The notes: generated by a model not told the origin, from the sequence alone. DNA of 64,000 nucleotides from Methyloligellaceae bacterium (GCA_050633205.1 JBOEGA010000010.1:6415-70414); one strand, 5' to 3'; positions 9,452 to 20,580 are shown, counted from the first letter of the stretch. Made by a program: numbers and translations.

Positions 9452-10150
9452 ATGCCAACTATAGCTCTTGTTGATGATGATCGTAATATTCTGACTTCCT
9501 TGCGTATGGTTCTGGAAGCGGAGGGATACAAGATTAACACTTATAATGACGGCGTATCCGCATTGGACGGACTCGCTGCAGACCCTCCTGATATGGCGAT
9601 TTTTGATATTAAAATGCCCAGAATGGACGGAATGGAACTGCTCAGGCGCGTACGTCAGGTCAGTGAATTGCCGGTTATCTTCCTTACATCCAAGGATGAG
9701 GAAATTGACCAGCTTTTCGGACTGAAGATGGGTGCGGATGATTATATTGCCAAACCTTTCTCTCAGAGGCTTGTTGTTGAGCGTGTGAAGGCTATTTTAA
9801 GAAGGCTTCACCCGAAAGACGGGATAGCTCCCGGTGAGGCCAGCGCAAAGACACTTGAGCGTGGCAAGCTTCTTATGGATCCGGAGAGGCATACATGCCA
9901 CTGGGATAACAGGCCCGTCACGTTAACTGTAACCGAGTTTTTGATTTTACAAGCGCTGGCATTGCGTCCAGGAGTTGTAAAAAGCAGAGATGCACTTATG
10001 GATGCAGCCTATGATGATCAGGTCTATGTTGATGATCGGACGATTGACAGCCATATAAAACGTCTACGCAAGAAATTTAAAGTGGTCGACAATGACTTTG
10101 ATGTTATTGAGACGCTTTATGGTGTTGGGTACAGATTTAAAGAAGCGTGA
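9452..10150 (+). CDS. chvI: OmpR-family response regulator ChvI
   Basis: Receiver domain (LVDDD...DIKMPRMDG) plus winged-helix output (YGVGYRF). Its stop overlaps the next start (GTGA at 10147-10150). The pckA<>chvI-chvG-hprK synteny supports the call. Confidence 0.88.
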   Translation: MPTIALVDDDRNILTSLRMVLEAEGYKINTYNDGVSALDGLAADPPDMAIFDIKMPRMDGMELLRRVRQVSELPVIFLTSKDEEIDQLFGLKMGADDYIAKPFSQRLVVERVKAILRRLHPKDGIAPGEASAKTLERGKLLMDPERHTCHWDNRPVTLTVTEFLILQALALRPGVVKSRDALMDAAYDDQVYVDDRTIDSHIKRLRKKFKVVDNDFDVIETLYGVGYRFKEA

Positions 10151-12012
10151 CCTTAGGTAATAGCGAATTCAAACCACTGCTTACACAGAATCCAGTGAAG
10201 TGGTTACAGAATCTGAAGATACGAAAGCGACTGCGTCACTGGTTGAGTCGCATTACCAATACCTTTGCCCGCTATATAGACAAATTCGGCTTCCACTGGT
10301 TTTTTAAATATCTGTGGTTGCGCATTATGCTGCTTAACCTTATCGGCCTTATCGTGATGGTGGCCGGGGTTTATTTTTTCAGTGGTTTTCGCGCAAGCCT
10401 GCTCGATATGAAAGTTAAAGACCTGACAAAAGACGGGGAAATTATCGCTGCGGTGATTTCTGCCTCTAATGCCTCAGGTAAACGTAATGACGACAGCTTT
10501 GATATCGATACGCTTCTGTTTCTGTATAAGGATGACAAAAACACCAAGAAGCTTGGCAAGCAGTTTGCTGAAGTCAGATTTGATCTAAACCCTCAAAAAA
10601 TTGAGCCACTGCTACAGGAAACTGTAGAGCTGACCAATACCAGAGCCAGAGTTTATGAACCTGATGGCAGCCTGCTGGTGGACAGTAATATTTTCCTTCC
10701 CCGCGGTCAGGTTATCAGGGCGCTTACGCCAAAGCAGGAAACAAACTCTCCCCCGCACAAAGGGGTTCTCAGCGAGTTTATGCAATATCTTATGAAGCTG
10801 TTCCGTTATGCCCAACTTCCATTATATGAGGATATCGGAGGAGCTAACGGCAAGGCTTATTCAGAGGTCAAAATTGCACTCACCGGACAAAAGTCGACAA
10901 TCATCAGAGTGAACAAAGACAGTCAGACGATTGTAAGCGTGGCGACTCCGATCAAGATCGGCAAAAGGGTATCCGGGGTTCTGCTGCTAACGACCAAGGG
11001 TGTTGAAATTGATGAAGCTGTGCAAACAGCGAGAAATGTAATTATTACCGTCGCGATTGTTGCCCTGATCGTTTCTCTTACGGTTTCAATATATCTGACA
11101 GTTACGATTGCCACGCCGATGAGACATCTCTCAAAAGCAATGAAGAGCATAAAACAGAGCAACAAGAAAATTCACGAGATACCTGACCTCAGCCACCGAC
11201 CTGATGAAATTGGACAGCTATCAGGAGCCCTCAGGGAAATGACACTGGCACTACATCAAAGGATAGAGGCAATTGAGAGCTTTGCGGCAGATGTATCTCA
11301 TGAGCTAAAAAACCCTCTGACCTCACTGCAAAGTGCTGTTGAGACTCTTCCGCTTGCAAAACGCACCGAAGACAGGGACCACCTGATTGAAGTTGTACTG
11401 AATGATGTCAGCCGCCTAAACCGCCTGATTACTGATATAGCCAGTGCTTCCAGACTTGATGCAGAGCTGGCACGCGCCGACAAAGCCCCAATCAATATGG
11501 TTTCAATGCTCAAAAGTATCGCAGAGATCTTTAATGATGTGCATTGCAAGAAAGGGGCGCGGATTACTGTTGAGTTTTCTCCACTTATGGAAGACAGCAA
11601 TATTTTTATTGTTCAGGGACATGACAGCAGGCTGGCACAGGTCTTCACAAACCTTCTTGATAACGCACTATCATTTACGCCAAGCAATGGCACAGTCTGG
11701 ATCAGGATCACACGTGTCGATGCTGATATCAGAATTACAGTCGAAGATGAAGGGCCGGGTATTCCCGAGGATAATCTCGACAGAATATTTGCGCGTTTTT
11801 ACACTGACCGCCCTGGTGAAAATGCCTTCCGTGAAAATTCAGGACTGGGACTTAATATTTCTCAGGAAATTGTCAAAGCGCATAAAGGAAAAATATGGGC
11901 CGAGAACCGTTACGGAGACTCTAAGACTGAAGATAACGTAAAACAACGGATTGGCGCCCGGTTTGTTATAACACTCCCTGCGGACCATCCTTTGGGAAGA
12001 AGGCAGAAATAG
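10147..12012 (+). CDS. chvG: sensor histidine kinase ChvG (ExoS/BvrS type)
   Basis: Two TM segments flank a large periplasmic domain. HAMP, H-box [16 protein letters not shown] box LLDNALSF and G boxes EDEGPGIP / GLGLNIS are present. Synteny supports the call. Confidence 0.88.
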   Translation: MTLGNSEFKPLLTQNPVKWLQNLKIRKRLRHWLSRITNTFARYIDKFGFHWFFKYLWLRIMLLNLIGLIVMVAGVYFFSGFRASLLDMKVKDLTKDGEIIAAVISASNASGKRNDDSFDIDTLLFLYKDDKNTKKLGKQFAEVRFDLNPQKIEPLLQETVELTNTRARVYEPDGSLLVDSNIFLPRGQVIRALTPKQETNSPPHKGVLSEFMQYLMKLFRYAQLPLYEDIGGANGKAYSEVKIALTGQKSTIIRVNKDSQTIVSVATPIKIGKRVSGVLLLTTKGVEIDEAVQTARNVIITVAIVALIVSLTVSIYLTVTIATPMRHLSKAMKSIKQSNKKIHEIPDLSHRPDEIGQLSGALREMTLALHQRIEAIESFAADVSHELKNPLTSLQSAVETLPLAKRTEDRDHLIEVVLNDVSRLNRLITDIASASRLDAELARADKAPINMVSMLKSIAEIFNDVHCKKGARITVEFSPLMEDSNIFIVQGHDSRLAQVFTNLLDNALSFTPSNGTVWIRITRVDADIRITVEDEGPGIPEDNLDRIFARFYTDRPGENAFRENSGLGLNISQEIVKAHKGKIWAENRYGDSKTEDNVKQRIGARFVITLPADHPLGRRQK

Positions 12013-12024
12013 TTTTAGGCTGAT

Positions 12025-12471
12025 ATGGAACAAACTATTCACGGAACCTGTGTTGCTTTTGGCAATGATGCTGCCTTAATCCGGGGAGACAGTGGTTCCG
12101 GCAAGTCAGATCTGGCATACAGGTTTATTTCCCTGGCTGACCCGAACTGTTATCTGGTTTCAGATGATCGTGTTTACCTGACAGCTAAAGAGGGTAACCT
12201 TATTGCTCACGGACCAGATAATATTAAAGGGCTGATTGAACTGAGGGGTGTCGGGCTGATTGAAGTCCCATATATTGATAATGCCAACCTTCAGATAGTG
12301 GTTGACCTGGTGGACTTTGAGAGTGTTCCGCGTATGCAGGTTCCATTTGAGAAGAGCTGTCTGGAAAATCTTGAGGGACATATCCTGCCACATGTCAAAC
12401 TTCACAGTTTTGAACCGTCAGCACCATTGAAGCTTCTCTCCCTGATAAAACAATCAGCCAAGCGCTTCTGA
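12025..12471 (+). CDS. hprK: truncated HPr kinase/phosphorylase (C-terminal catalytic domain only, alphaproteobacterial type)
   Basis: 148 aa. P-loop GDSGSGKSDLAYRF and ELRGVGLIEV. Its position directly after chvG is as in other alphaproteobacteria. Confidence 0.85.
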   Translation: MEQTIHGTCVAFGNDAALIRGDSGSGKSDLAYRFISLADPNCYLVSDDRVYLTAKEGNLIAHGPDNIKGLIELRGVGLIEVPYIDNANLQIVVDLVDFESVPRMQVPFEKSCLENLEGHILPHVKLHSFEPSAPLKLLSLIKQSAKRF

Positions 12472-12512
12472 TAAGTGCAGATGAGGATGCAGTCTGTTGT
12501 GAGGGGCAGTGA

Positions 12513-14162
12513 TTATGAAGCCTGAACAGTTTCAACCTGGTCGAGGAATTCGGCAACTACAGTGTTAATATTTCCAGTTTTGGCAATGATATTACGAGAG
12601 GCCATATCAACCTGCTCTGATACCTGCTTGGTATCACCTGCGGCAGACAGAACATTTGTTACACTCTCAGCCACTTCACGTGTGCTCATAGCAGCCTGAT
12701 GAGCATTTGAACTGATATCACCTGTGGCGGCACCCTGCTCTTCCACAGCCGTAGATATAGCACATGAATGCTCCATAACATCCTTCATCATTGCTGTTAC
12801 CTCAGTGATGGAATCTGTTGTTACGGTCGTGGTGCTACAGATATTGTCTACATGCTCTGTAATATTCTCGGTGGCTTTAGAAGTCTGATTTGCAAGGTTC
12901 TTCACCTCGGAGGCAACCACAGAGAAACCTTTTCCGTATTCGCCAGCCCTTGCTGCCTCAATTGTAGCGTTCAATGCAAGCAGGTTTGTCTGCTCCGCAA
13001 TATCCTGAATTAACGTAATCACCTCACCAATTCGATTAGCTCCGTCTGCCAGAAGCTCAATCTGTGAGCTACTTTCAGTAGCTTTATCATTGCTGCTGGA
13101 AACCACAGTGTTGGCTTTCACAAGCTGAGAACCAATTTCACGTATTGAAGCAGCCAGCTCTTCTGAAGCAGCAGCAACTGTTTCAACACTCATTGATGCT
13201 GTATCAGCAGCAGTTGTCGCATGATTTGCACGTTCAGTTGTCTCATTTGCCAGCTGGGTCAGTTTCTCAGAAACCTCCTGCATTTGAGTACTGTCAGAAG
13301 ATACATTCTTGAGCAATGAACGTATCTGTTCCTTAAAGCTGACAATCAGCTCGTGGATACGTTCCTGTTTCTGCTGCCTTTTACGCTCTTCTATTTTCTG
13401 GTTCTGCTCCAGTTCATCCCGATCAAGCACCGTCTGGCGGAAGAATTCGACAGACCTGGCAACGGCTCCGATTTCATCCCGGCGATCTGTGGATGGCACA
13501 TCACATGCTATTTCTCCATTGGTAATCGCACCAATTACGCGCGTCAGAGCACCAATCGGCTTCGTAATTCCAAGAGTAGACAAGTATATGATAATACCAA
13601 CGGAGAACACACAGATTGTAACCATGATCACGATACTCATGACCTGAGCTTCCAGCTTCAGTGCTGATCTGGCGTAGGAGTAGGCAACATAAACATGGCC
13701 TACAGGCTTATCACTATCTTCGACCTGTAATGGAGTTTTGACAATCTTCATGCCCGGCAGCTCATATGCCTGGGACTTAAAGATATTTTTGGGATCAATT
13801 TTTCTTTTTGGCAGCTTTATCTTTTTAAACTCTTTTGCTGCATCAACCTTTTTATCAGCGCTGGCTTTTGAGAAGATATTTTTCTTTTCATCCTGAACAA
13901 CAGACCACATAACATCCGGATCAATCGCCAGGGCAGCAAGACTTCTTTTTGCAGCATCTTCGTCAAGGTCCCATAGACCGCGGGCAATGGAAGGCATAAC
14001 CAAAGTTGCCACCAGAGCTGATTTTTCTTCCAAAACCTTGGAATTATTGCTTTTTGTATTATAAACAGCCAAAACAGCCGCAACTACTCCCACCGTGATC
14101 AATATGACCATAACGGGGAGCAGTAACTTCGCTGATAAGGACCTCGAGAAAAAAGCAAACAT
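12513..14162 (-). CDS. methyl-accepting chemotaxis protein
   Basis: Two TM segments, HAMP, and the highly conserved signalling hairpin [37 protein letters not shown]. Confidence 0.93.
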   Translation of the reverse strand: MFAFFSRSLSAKLLLPVMVILITVGVVAAVLAVYNTKSNNSKVLEEKSALVATLVMPSIARGLWDLDEDAAKRSLAALAIDPDVMWSVVQDEKKNIFSKASADKKVDAAKEFKKIKLPKRKIDPKNIFKSQAYELPGMKIVKTPLQVEDSDKPVGHVYVAYSYARSALKLEAQVMSIVIMVTICVFSVGIIIYLSTLGITKPIGALTRVIGAITNGEIACDVPSTDRRDEIGAVARSVEFFRQTVLDRDELEQNQKIEERKRQQKQERIHELIVSFKEQIRSLLKNVSSDSTQMQEVSEKLTQLANETTERANHATTAADTASMSVETVAAASEELAASIREIGSQLVKANTVVSSSNDKATESSSQIELLADGANRIGEVITLIQDIAEQTNLLALNATIEAARAGEYGKGFSVVASEVKNLANQTSKATENITEHVDNICSTTTVTTDSITEVTAMMKDVMEHSCAISTAVEEQGAATGDISSNAHQAAMSTREVAESVTNVLSAAGDTKQVSEQVDMASRNIIAKTGNINTVVAEFLDQVETVQAS

Positions 14163-14560
14163 TGCGAAAACACCCGGAAATACAAAGTAATACTAATTTG
14201 AACATAACTTACTATGTTTAAAATATAACTAAGCAAAGAATATCAAGGGGTATATACTTCATTAAACAGGGGAATATTCTTCTGCAAAAACAGTAACTAT
14301 AAGCAGCATCCAAATACATCAATATATTTACTTTTGAGAAGTAATTAGTGTTATTGATCAATGCTGCCGGGCGAAAACGTGGAGAAAATGCAACTTTGGT
14401 CCGATAAAGGCATCTATTCGTTGAAAAATATATTAATAAGGCAGAATATTGGATAATTCCGCTTGCACAAGTCCGTATAAATATACAAAGATAATGGCTT
14501 GGGTTATTATAAAGTAGGGCTTGTTCCTACAAAAATACTTTGAATGTGAGCTAATATTTA

Positions 14561-14962
14561 ATGATTGGTCTAGTGATCGTCACCCATGGTGGTCTAGCAA
14601 AGGAATTCCGTTCCGCCCTAGAGCATGTGGTTGGGCCGCAGGAACAAATAGAAACCATCTCAATTGGTCCTGACGATGATATGGAACAACGGCGAGATGA
14701 CATACTTAGCGCAATTCGCCGTGTAGAATCCGGAGAGGGTGCAGTCCTTCTAACGGACATGTTTGGGGGGACACCTTCCAATCTTGCCATATCTGTTATG
14801 GAGAACTCTAAAATTGAGGTTATTGCAGGGATTAACCTCCCAATGCTGATCAAGCTTGCAAGTGTCAGAAGCGAAAGCACTCTTTCGGACGCAATAAACC
14901 AGGCACAAACCGCAGGCAGAAAATATATCAGTATTGCCAGTCATGTTCTTGCAGGCAAATAG
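14561..14962 (+). CDS. manX: PTS EIIA component, mannose family (regulatory PTS)
   Basis: 133 aa. The N-terminal MIGLVIVTHGGLA carries the phosphorylatable His. It lies next to an HPr-like gene. Confidence 0.82.
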   Translation: MIGLVIVTHGGLAKEFRSALEHVVGPQEQIETISIGPDDDMEQRRDDILSAIRRVESGEGAVLLTDMFGGTPSNLAISVMENSKIEVIAGINLPMLIKLASVRSESTLSDAINQAQTAGRKYISIASHVLAGK

Positions 14963-15043
14963 TCCTGTTTAAAAAACCTCGGCGACCTATTATCTTTATA
15001 AGCATCGTCCTGTAGTAACGCATGCCTGAAGGGAATGGATTAA

Positions 15044-15364
15044 ATGTCCACCAATGACCTGAACCAGCAACAGCCTCAACCAAATGAGAATGGCGGTTAT
15101 TCTGCAGAAGTCATGATCTGCAATATCCGTGGCCTTCACGCCAGAGCATCTGCAAAATTTGTGAAGACAGCTGGAGCCTATACCGCAAATGTCAAGGTTA
15201 CAAGATGCGGGGAAACAGTTGGCGGCACTTCCATTATGGGCTTAATGATGCTTGCCGCAAGTAAAGGGTGCACCATTCTTATTGAAAGTGACGGCCCCCA
15301 GGCAAAAGAGGCTATGGACGCCCTGATTGAGCTGGTTGAAGACAAATTTCACGAAGGCGAATAA
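15044..15364 (+). CDS. ptsH: HPr-family phosphocarrier protein (NPr-like)
   Basis: 106 aa. NIRGLHARASAKFV contains the active-site His. GTSIMGLMMLAA matches the HPr Ser-region pattern. Confidence 0.85.
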   Translation: MSTNDLNQQQPQPNENGGYSAEVMICNIRGLHARASAKFVKTAGAYTANVKVTRCGETVGGTSIMGLMMLAASKGCTILIESDGPQAKEAMDALIELVEDKFHEGE

Positions 15365-15599
15365 CTGTTCTCCTCTATATCAGATACAAACATATAAAAA
15401 TTTCTTTATATCCTTATTGCAGAATCTTATACGAAGGCCTATAGATATAGTGCCTGAGTATGCTCTCAGGCAAAGCGGGGCTATAGCCAGTTGCGGGAGA
15501 ACATCACTGCATGGCTTGGCCATACAATTCGAGATTTAATTTGAAAGTTATGTTGCCCTGTATGCCGGGCGACTTCCATGCTCCCACAAGGATTGCTTC

Positions 15600-17000
15600 A
15601 TGTCTGAATTTACTGATTACCACGTCAAGGATATCTCTCTGGCTGAATTTGGCCGCAAAGAGATCGAAATTGCTGAAATGGAAATGCCTGGCCTGATGGC
15701 TACGCGTGAAGAATATGGATCGCAGCAGCCACTTAAGGGCGCGCGGATTGCCGGTTCTTTGCACATGACAATCCAGACAGCTGTTCTTATTGAGTCGCTG
15801 CAGGCTCTTGGAGCAGAAGTTCGCTGGGCTTCATGCAATATCTATTCAACACAAGACCATGCTGCTGCTGCTATTGCTGCGAAAAACACACCTGTTTTTG
15901 CATGGAAAGGTGAAACGCTTCAGGAATACTGGGATCTTGCTGACAAGATTTTTGACTGGGGCAATGGCGAAACTGCCAACCTGATCCTTGATGATGGTGG
16001 CGATGCTACTCTTCTTATCCTTCTTGGTGCTGATGCTGAAAAAGATCCTTCTGTTCTTGCCAATCCTGGCAATGAAGAAGAAGAGGCTTTGTTTGCTACA
16101 ATCAAGCGTCGTCTTGAAAAAAATCCTGGCTGGTACTCAAAGATCAAAGCTAACATCAAAGGCGTTTCTGAAGAAACAACAACTGGTGTTCTTCGTCTTT
16201 ATCAGCGCCAGAAAGCCGGTCAGCTTCCATTCCCTGCAATCAATGTGAACGACTCTGTTACCAAGTCCAAATTTGATAACAAGTATGGCTGTAAAGAGTC
16301 TCTTGTTGATGCGATCCGTCGTGGTACTGACGTGATGATTGCCGGTAAAGTTGCCCTTGTTGCCGGTTATGGTGATGTTGGTAAAGGCTCTGCACAATCT
16401 TTGAGCGGTGCTGGCGCACGTGTTCTTGTTACTGAAATTGACCCTATCTGTGCGCTTCAGGCTGCTATGGATGGATATGAAGTTGTAACTATGGAAGATG
16501 CTCTGCCACGCGCTGACATTTTCGTAACGACAACTGGCAACAAAGACATCATTACTGTCGATCATATGCGCAATATGAAAGATATGGCGATTGTTTCCAA
16601 CATTGGTCACTTTGATAATGAGATTCAGGTTGAAGGCCTGAAAAACATGAAATGGACAAATGTGAAAGACCAGGTTGACCTGGTTGAGTTCCCTGGTGGA
16701 AACCGCATTATCCTTCTTTCTCAAGGCCGCCTTGTGAACCTTGGTAATGCTATGGGTCACCCAAGCTTTGTGATGTCAGCTTCGTTCACCAACCAGGTTC
16801 TTGCTCAAATCGAGCTTTGGGCTAAAGGTGATAATTACAAAAACGAAGTTTACGTATTGCCTAAGCATCTTGATGAGCGTGTTGCCGAGCTTCACCTCAA
16901 AAAGGTTGGCGCGAAGCTTTCCAAGCTATCACAGGAACAGGCTGATTATATTGGCGTTTCTGTTGACGGACCGTTCAAGTCTGAACAGTACCGTTACTAG
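15600..17000 (+). CDS. ahcY: adenosylhomocysteinase
   Basis: 466 aa. [18 protein letters not shown]-binding [22 protein letters not shown] and the C-terminal SEQYRY are classic SAH hydrolase signatures. Confidence 0.96.
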   Translation: MSEFTDYHVKDISLAEFGRKEIEIAEMEMPGLMATREEYGSQQPLKGARIAGSLHMTIQTAVLIESLQALGAEVRWASCNIYSTQDHAAAAIAAKNTPVFAWKGETLQEYWDLADKIFDWGNGETANLILDDGGDATLLILLGADAEKDPSVLANPGNEEEEALFATIKRRLEKNPGWYSKIKANIKGVSEETTTGVLRLYQRQKAGQLPFPAINVNDSVTKSKFDNKYGCKESLVDAIRRGTDVMIAGKVALVAGYGDVGKGSAQSLSGAGARVLVTEIDPICALQAAMDGYEVVTMEDALPRADIFVTTTGNKDIITVDHMRNMKDMAIVSNIGHFDNEIQVEGLKNMKWTNVKDQVDLVEFPGGNRIILLSQGRLVNLGNAMGHPSFVMSASFTNQVLAQIELWAKGDNYKNEVYVLPKHLDERVAELHLKKVGAKLSKLSQEQADYIGVSVDGPFKSEQYRY

Positions 17001-17025
17001 AATTTTGTACTTACCGTACATTCAG

Positions 17026-17055
17026 GCCGGGGCGTATCTGCGCTCCGGCTTTTTT
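17026..17055 (+). terminator. rho-independent terminator of ahcY
   Basis: GCCGGGGCG (17026-17034) pairs with CGCTCCGGC (17041-17049), with one G-U pair. A T-run follows at 17050-17055. Confidence 0.8.
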
Positions 17056-17083
17056 ATTTGCACCTTGCCAAATGCATGGCGTC

Positions 17084-17548
17084 CTATTTAATGAAACATG
17101 CCGCAATCAAAGCAATGGGCATTCCAACCAGCACAATGTGTGCGATGATTTCCATTACCAGCCTTGGCCCTTTAAGCGGCAATTTGGGGACTGTTCCTGA
17201 CCTGGGGACGACGATCCAGTTCATCACGAAAAACAGAAACACTCCGTAAGCGGCTCCAGCTATCAATGGATAAACCAGTATTACGGGGATCTGCCGGGCA
17301 ACGACCACAAAGGCGAAAGCCATGACAAGCGCGATTATATAATGACTAAGCAAGCCAAGCGCTGCACTCGACCAGCCTCTGGCATAGGCTTTTACTCCCA
17401 GAAGACCGCTGGCCACAAACTGTAATAACTTTTGCGGAGGCATTTTTTTGGCCAGATATGCGATGGATATTGCCCATATAATATCGAGAGTAGCTGCAAT
17501 CAGGCCACCGATCAGGGTTGCCTTCAGTATTGTTATCATAATACCCAC
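17084..17548 (-). CDS. small integral membrane protein (about 4 TM), function unknown
   Basis: 154 aa and strongly hydrophobic throughout. No catalytic motif recognised. Confidence 0.6.
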   Translation of the reverse strand: MGIMITILKATLIGGLIAATLDIIWAISIAYLAKKMPPQKLLQFVASGLLGVKAYARGWSSAALGLLSHYIIALVMAFAFVVVARQIPVILVYPLIAGAAYGVFLFFVMNWIVVPRSGTVPKLPLKGPRLVMEIIAHIVLVGMPIALIAACFIK

Positions 17549-17686
17549 CTTAAAATTTTAGCAGATGAATTTATTGCATTAAACCGGGATCACAGGCAAT
17601 GCGTAATCGCAGGGAAAGTCAAGGAAGAAATCTCTAATTATTTAGACTGCCTTATGAGGCTTAACTTAGGTTCAGCATTACAAGAA

Positions 17687-17714
17687 CATTGTATATTTAT
17701 GAATATATACAATG
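17687..17714. promoter_or_regulatory. perfect 10-bp inverted repeat CATTGTATAT-N8-ATATACAATG (candidate operator)
   Basis: Read directly. It lies in the divergent intergenic region between the 17548 (-) and 17821 (+) starts. Confidence 0.35.
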
Positions 17715-17820
17715 AATTAGATCCATCCACAGCCACCTTCACAACGGTATTATACCGTGCATTCAAAGGCATTTTTTGCTCCAATGCGCTATTACGATTT
17801 TACAATGGAGACAGTTTAAA

Positions 17821-18213
17821 ATGCACCTGAGATATCTGACGATGAAGTTTATCACGCTCCTTGCGATTTCCTGTTTTTCCGTGGCATCCGCCTCTGCTGC
17901 TGAAGGAAAATCAGAAAAAGTTATGATGAGAGATGGCAAAGTTGTCATATGCGCCCAACAGAGCATAAATGGCTTTGCTTCGGGAGTATATGATACGGCG
18001 AAAGACTGTAATGCAGATAAGAATAACCTGTCTGGAAAAGCTGTCGCGGATGCGAAAGACAGGTGCAACAGCTTCTGCAAGGATATGGAATGCAAGCCCC
18101 CAACCTACCCTAAAAAAATACCGGCAACCGCTGCTTGTAAAGCTGTAAGCAAGAAAAAGACTTATGGCACAGCCAAGACTACTAATCCGCTGCTATGCAG
18201 GTGCACTCAATAA
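17821..18213 (+). CDS. secreted Cys- and Lys-rich small protein
   Basis: I prefer the ATG at 17821 (GGAGA 9 nt upstream) over the track start at 17776. Signal peptide ...LLAISCFSVASASA/AEG. The mature part has 8 Cys. Confidence 0.55.
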   Translation: MHLRYLTMKFITLLAISCFSVASASAAEGKSEKVMMRDGKVVICAQQSINGFASGVYDTAKDCNADKNNLSGKAVADAKDRCNSFCKDMECKPPTYPKKIPATAACKAVSKKKTYGTAKTTNPLLCRCTQ

Positions 18214-18243
18214 TCATCCAGTACACGGAATATTATTATGACA

Positions 18244-18272
18244 GCCGTCAGAAGGAATTCTGACGGCTTTTT
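18244..18272 (+). terminator. rho-independent terminator
   Basis: GCCGTCAGAA (18244-18253), loop GGAA, TTCTGACGGC (18258-18267), then TTTTT. Confidence 0.85.
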
Positions 18273-18324
18273 GATTTGTGAATCAGGATGAGTGATACTA
18301 AGATGCCGGAAAAAGGAAGAAGTT

Positions 18325-18951
18325 ATGTCAAAAAATATAGACTATGTGTTTTCGGTAATCTCGCCCTGGGCCTATATTGGTCATGCCCTGCTTGTTGATA
18401 CAGCCCGGCAGAATAACTGTACTATTACATATAAGCCGGTTCAGCTTCTGAACCTGTTTTCTGAAACCGGTGGATTGCCACTGGGCAAGCGTCATCCATC
18501 ACGCCAGAATTATCGCTGGTATGAGATGCAGAGATGGATTGAAGCTCGCAAGATCCCATTTAATCTTCAGCCCAAACACTGGCCGTTCAGTTTTATGCTG
18601 GCTGACAAAACTGTTGTTGCCGCGATTGGGCTTGGTCATGACCCGGCAGAGCTTATTCATAAGATAATGCTGGGTATCTGGTCTAATGAGCAGGACCTGT
18701 CTGACAAGGGTACAATTGCTCAAATTCTTGCAGATTGCGGCCTGCCTCCAGAATGTCTGGAGAAAGCCGAGCTTGATGAGACTGAAGCCCGGTATCAGAA
18801 GAATACCCAGGATGCGATTGATAATGGCTGCTTCGGCTCTCCGACATACTGGCTCAATGGCGAGATGTTTTTCGGGCAGGACAAGATTGAGCAACTGGCT
18901 GATGCACTACGCACAGGCAGAGAGCCTTATAAGATGCTGACTAAGGTTTAG
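18325..18951 (+). CDS. 2-hydroxychromene-2-carboxylate isomerase / DsbA-like thioredoxin-fold protein
   Basis: Start moved to MSKNIDYVFSVISPWAY (AAGGAAG SD upstream). The SPW(A)Y N-terminal motif and the C-terminal GCFGSPTYWLNGEMFFGQD are typical of the HCCA isomerase / GST-kappa family. Confidence 0.75.
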   Translation: MSKNIDYVFSVISPWAYIGHALLVDTARQNNCTITYKPVQLLNLFSETGGLPLGKRHPSRQNYRWYEMQRWIEARKIPFNLQPKHWPFSFMLADKTVVAAIGLGHDPAELIHKIMLGIWSNEQDLSDKGTIAQILADCGLPPECLEKAELDETEARYQKNTQDAIDNGCFGSPTYWLNGEMFFGQDKIEQLADALRTGREPYKMLTKV

Positions 18952-18984
18952 GTTAGCTGACGTGTGTTTTTACCTGGATTTAGA

Positions 18985-19015
18985 AGCCCGTATTTTTTCG
19001 AATGCGGGCTTTTTT
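18985..19015 (+). terminator. rho-independent terminator
   Basis: AGCCCGTATT (18985-18994) pairs with AATGCGGGCT (19001-19010), with one G-U pair. A T-run follows. Confidence 0.8.
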
Positions 19016-19679
19016 GCGGGAGATATCAACTCCCACAGAGCAAACGCAGGTTTTTGATAATATTGAGTATCTCTATCAATATATCAGTCAGAATTATCCG
19101 ACAGTAAGCAACTTGCGATCCCGAAGCCCTGCGGGAGTCTTTGTTCAATAACTCTCTGGGAGGTTATTGAATTTCAGGCTTTGGCGTAGCCAAAACCTTG
19201 TCTCTATAAATGAATCGGAGAGTTAAATTAATTCACCCCTTTATTTTATTGCTGTTTAATAGCGTTTTTTTAATTTATTGCAAGGTTTTTTTAATTAAAA
19301 ACTGAATGTAATCCAAATATCCATTACCGCGCAGAAAACTTTCAAGGTGCATAGATACCGGAACTATTGCTATGTGCTTACAGCAGACAGACCGAAATAT
19401 TCCCTCTTATCTCAAAAAAATTTTCTCCTGATCACATTTCAGATACTTTTTAGACATGTTTGGGGCTGATTTACAACAATATCAAGGTGGTACGCTCACG
19501 CGAGCTCATACCACATAAAAGTAATTATAAAACAACGACTCATGCGCAAATTCAACTTTACATATTTTCAAAAAAACCCAATTTATTTCCATAATTCTGC
19601 TAATCCTTTTTCTTAGCTTTCAGCTTTTTCCCATTGTATTTATTGATTCTCAATAATTTTTAGTGGTGGGAACAACAAC

Positions 19680-20546
19680 ATGAGAAAGATCCTTCTTTCT
19701 ATTGCTGTGACAGCAGCATTTTTATCCTCTTCGAATTTGGCTCAAGCTGACGGAGATACCCAACGCCCTACGATCTGGGGCGGATTTTATACTGGTGCCC
19801 ATATTGGCTGGGGATCTGTCGATGCAAATGTGGCAAAGCCTGACCTGGAAGACATCAGTGGAAAATGCCGATGGCTGGATTCTGGTGGATTGCTTGATGC
19901 TGTTTCTGAAATGAGAAAAGTTGTTGGCAAAAAAGTTGACGGCAAAAGATATAAGAGAAGCCTCAACAGGTACCTAAAATATTCCAGGCACAGAAACCAT
20001 GAATGCCGTGGTATTTCTTCTTATGACAGTTCAACAAAAGATGGCGCTCTTGGCGGTGTTCACGCCGGATACAATATCCAGCGAGGATCTCTTGTGTTTG
20101 GTGTTGAAGGTGATTACACAAAAACAACTTCTGAAATCAATACACTGTCAGGCTATTCAATCGTTGATGTCAGCCACAGACGTGACAAAGTGCTTGCTGC
20201 TGGTACTCGCGAAACCAATACCGAGATTGATTCAATTGCGACGATCCGCGGACGTCTGGGCTGGGCAAAAGACAAGACCCTACTATATGTTACCGGTGGT
20301 GCAGCATGGGCAGAGCTGGATAGCACTGAAACTATTAATTACAAGCGCAGAGGAAAACGTCGCCTTACAGAAACGAATTCCAGCAGCGAGAATGTAATGG
20401 GATATGTTATTGGAGCTGGTGCAGAGCATATGATTGCTCAGGGTTTCAGCCTTAAAGGTGAAGTTCTGCATTATGACTTTGATGACAAGGGCTTTGATTT
20501 TAATACAACATCAGTTCGGGCGGGCTTCTCTCTGCATCTGAACTAA
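19680..20546 (+). CDS. outer-membrane beta-barrel protein (Omp25/Omp31/RopB-like porin family)
   Basis: Signal peptide ...SSNLAQA/DG. GFYTGAHIGWG first strand, alternating-hydrophobic strands, and GYVIGAGAEHMI...VRAGFSLHL at the C-terminus. It has an unusually long basic loop with two Cys near residues 60-115. Confidence 0.75.
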   Translation: MRKILLSIAVTAAFLSSSNLAQADGDTQRPTIWGGFYTGAHIGWGSVDANVAKPDLEDISGKCRWLDSGGLLDAVSEMRKVVGKKVDGKRYKRSLNRYLKYSRHRNHECRGISSYDSSTKDGALGGVHAGYNIQRGSLVFGVEGDYTKTTSEINTLSGYSIVDVSHRRDKVLAAGTRETNTEIDSIATIRGRLGWAKDKTLLYVTGGAAWAELDSTETINYKRRGKRRLTETNSSSENVMGYVIGAGAEHMIAQGFSLKGEVLHYDFDDKGFDFNTTSVRAGFSLHLN

Positions 20547-20580
20547 GACCCAGCTATTGGGAATTTATACATTGCAATTC

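Noticed and set aside
15365-15599. SAH riboswitch upstream of ahcY
   Set aside because: The context is tempting. However, I cannot find the conserved AGGAGCGC ... GGCGCUC pseudoknot core that I remember for the SAH element, and that class occurs mainly in beta- and gammaproteobacteria. I report it only as an unclassified structured leader.
16137-16760. Long antisense ORFs inside well-supported genes (16137..16760 in ahcY, 24534..25292 in the tsaE fusion, 40387..41088 in the DUF459-like gene, 52277..52936, 58495..59115 in the livF-like gene, and many in addB/addA)
   Set aside because: All lie opposite genes with clear family motifs. Their amino-acid composition is biased (Ser/Arg/Pro-rich or low-complexity). 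They are typical shadow frames.
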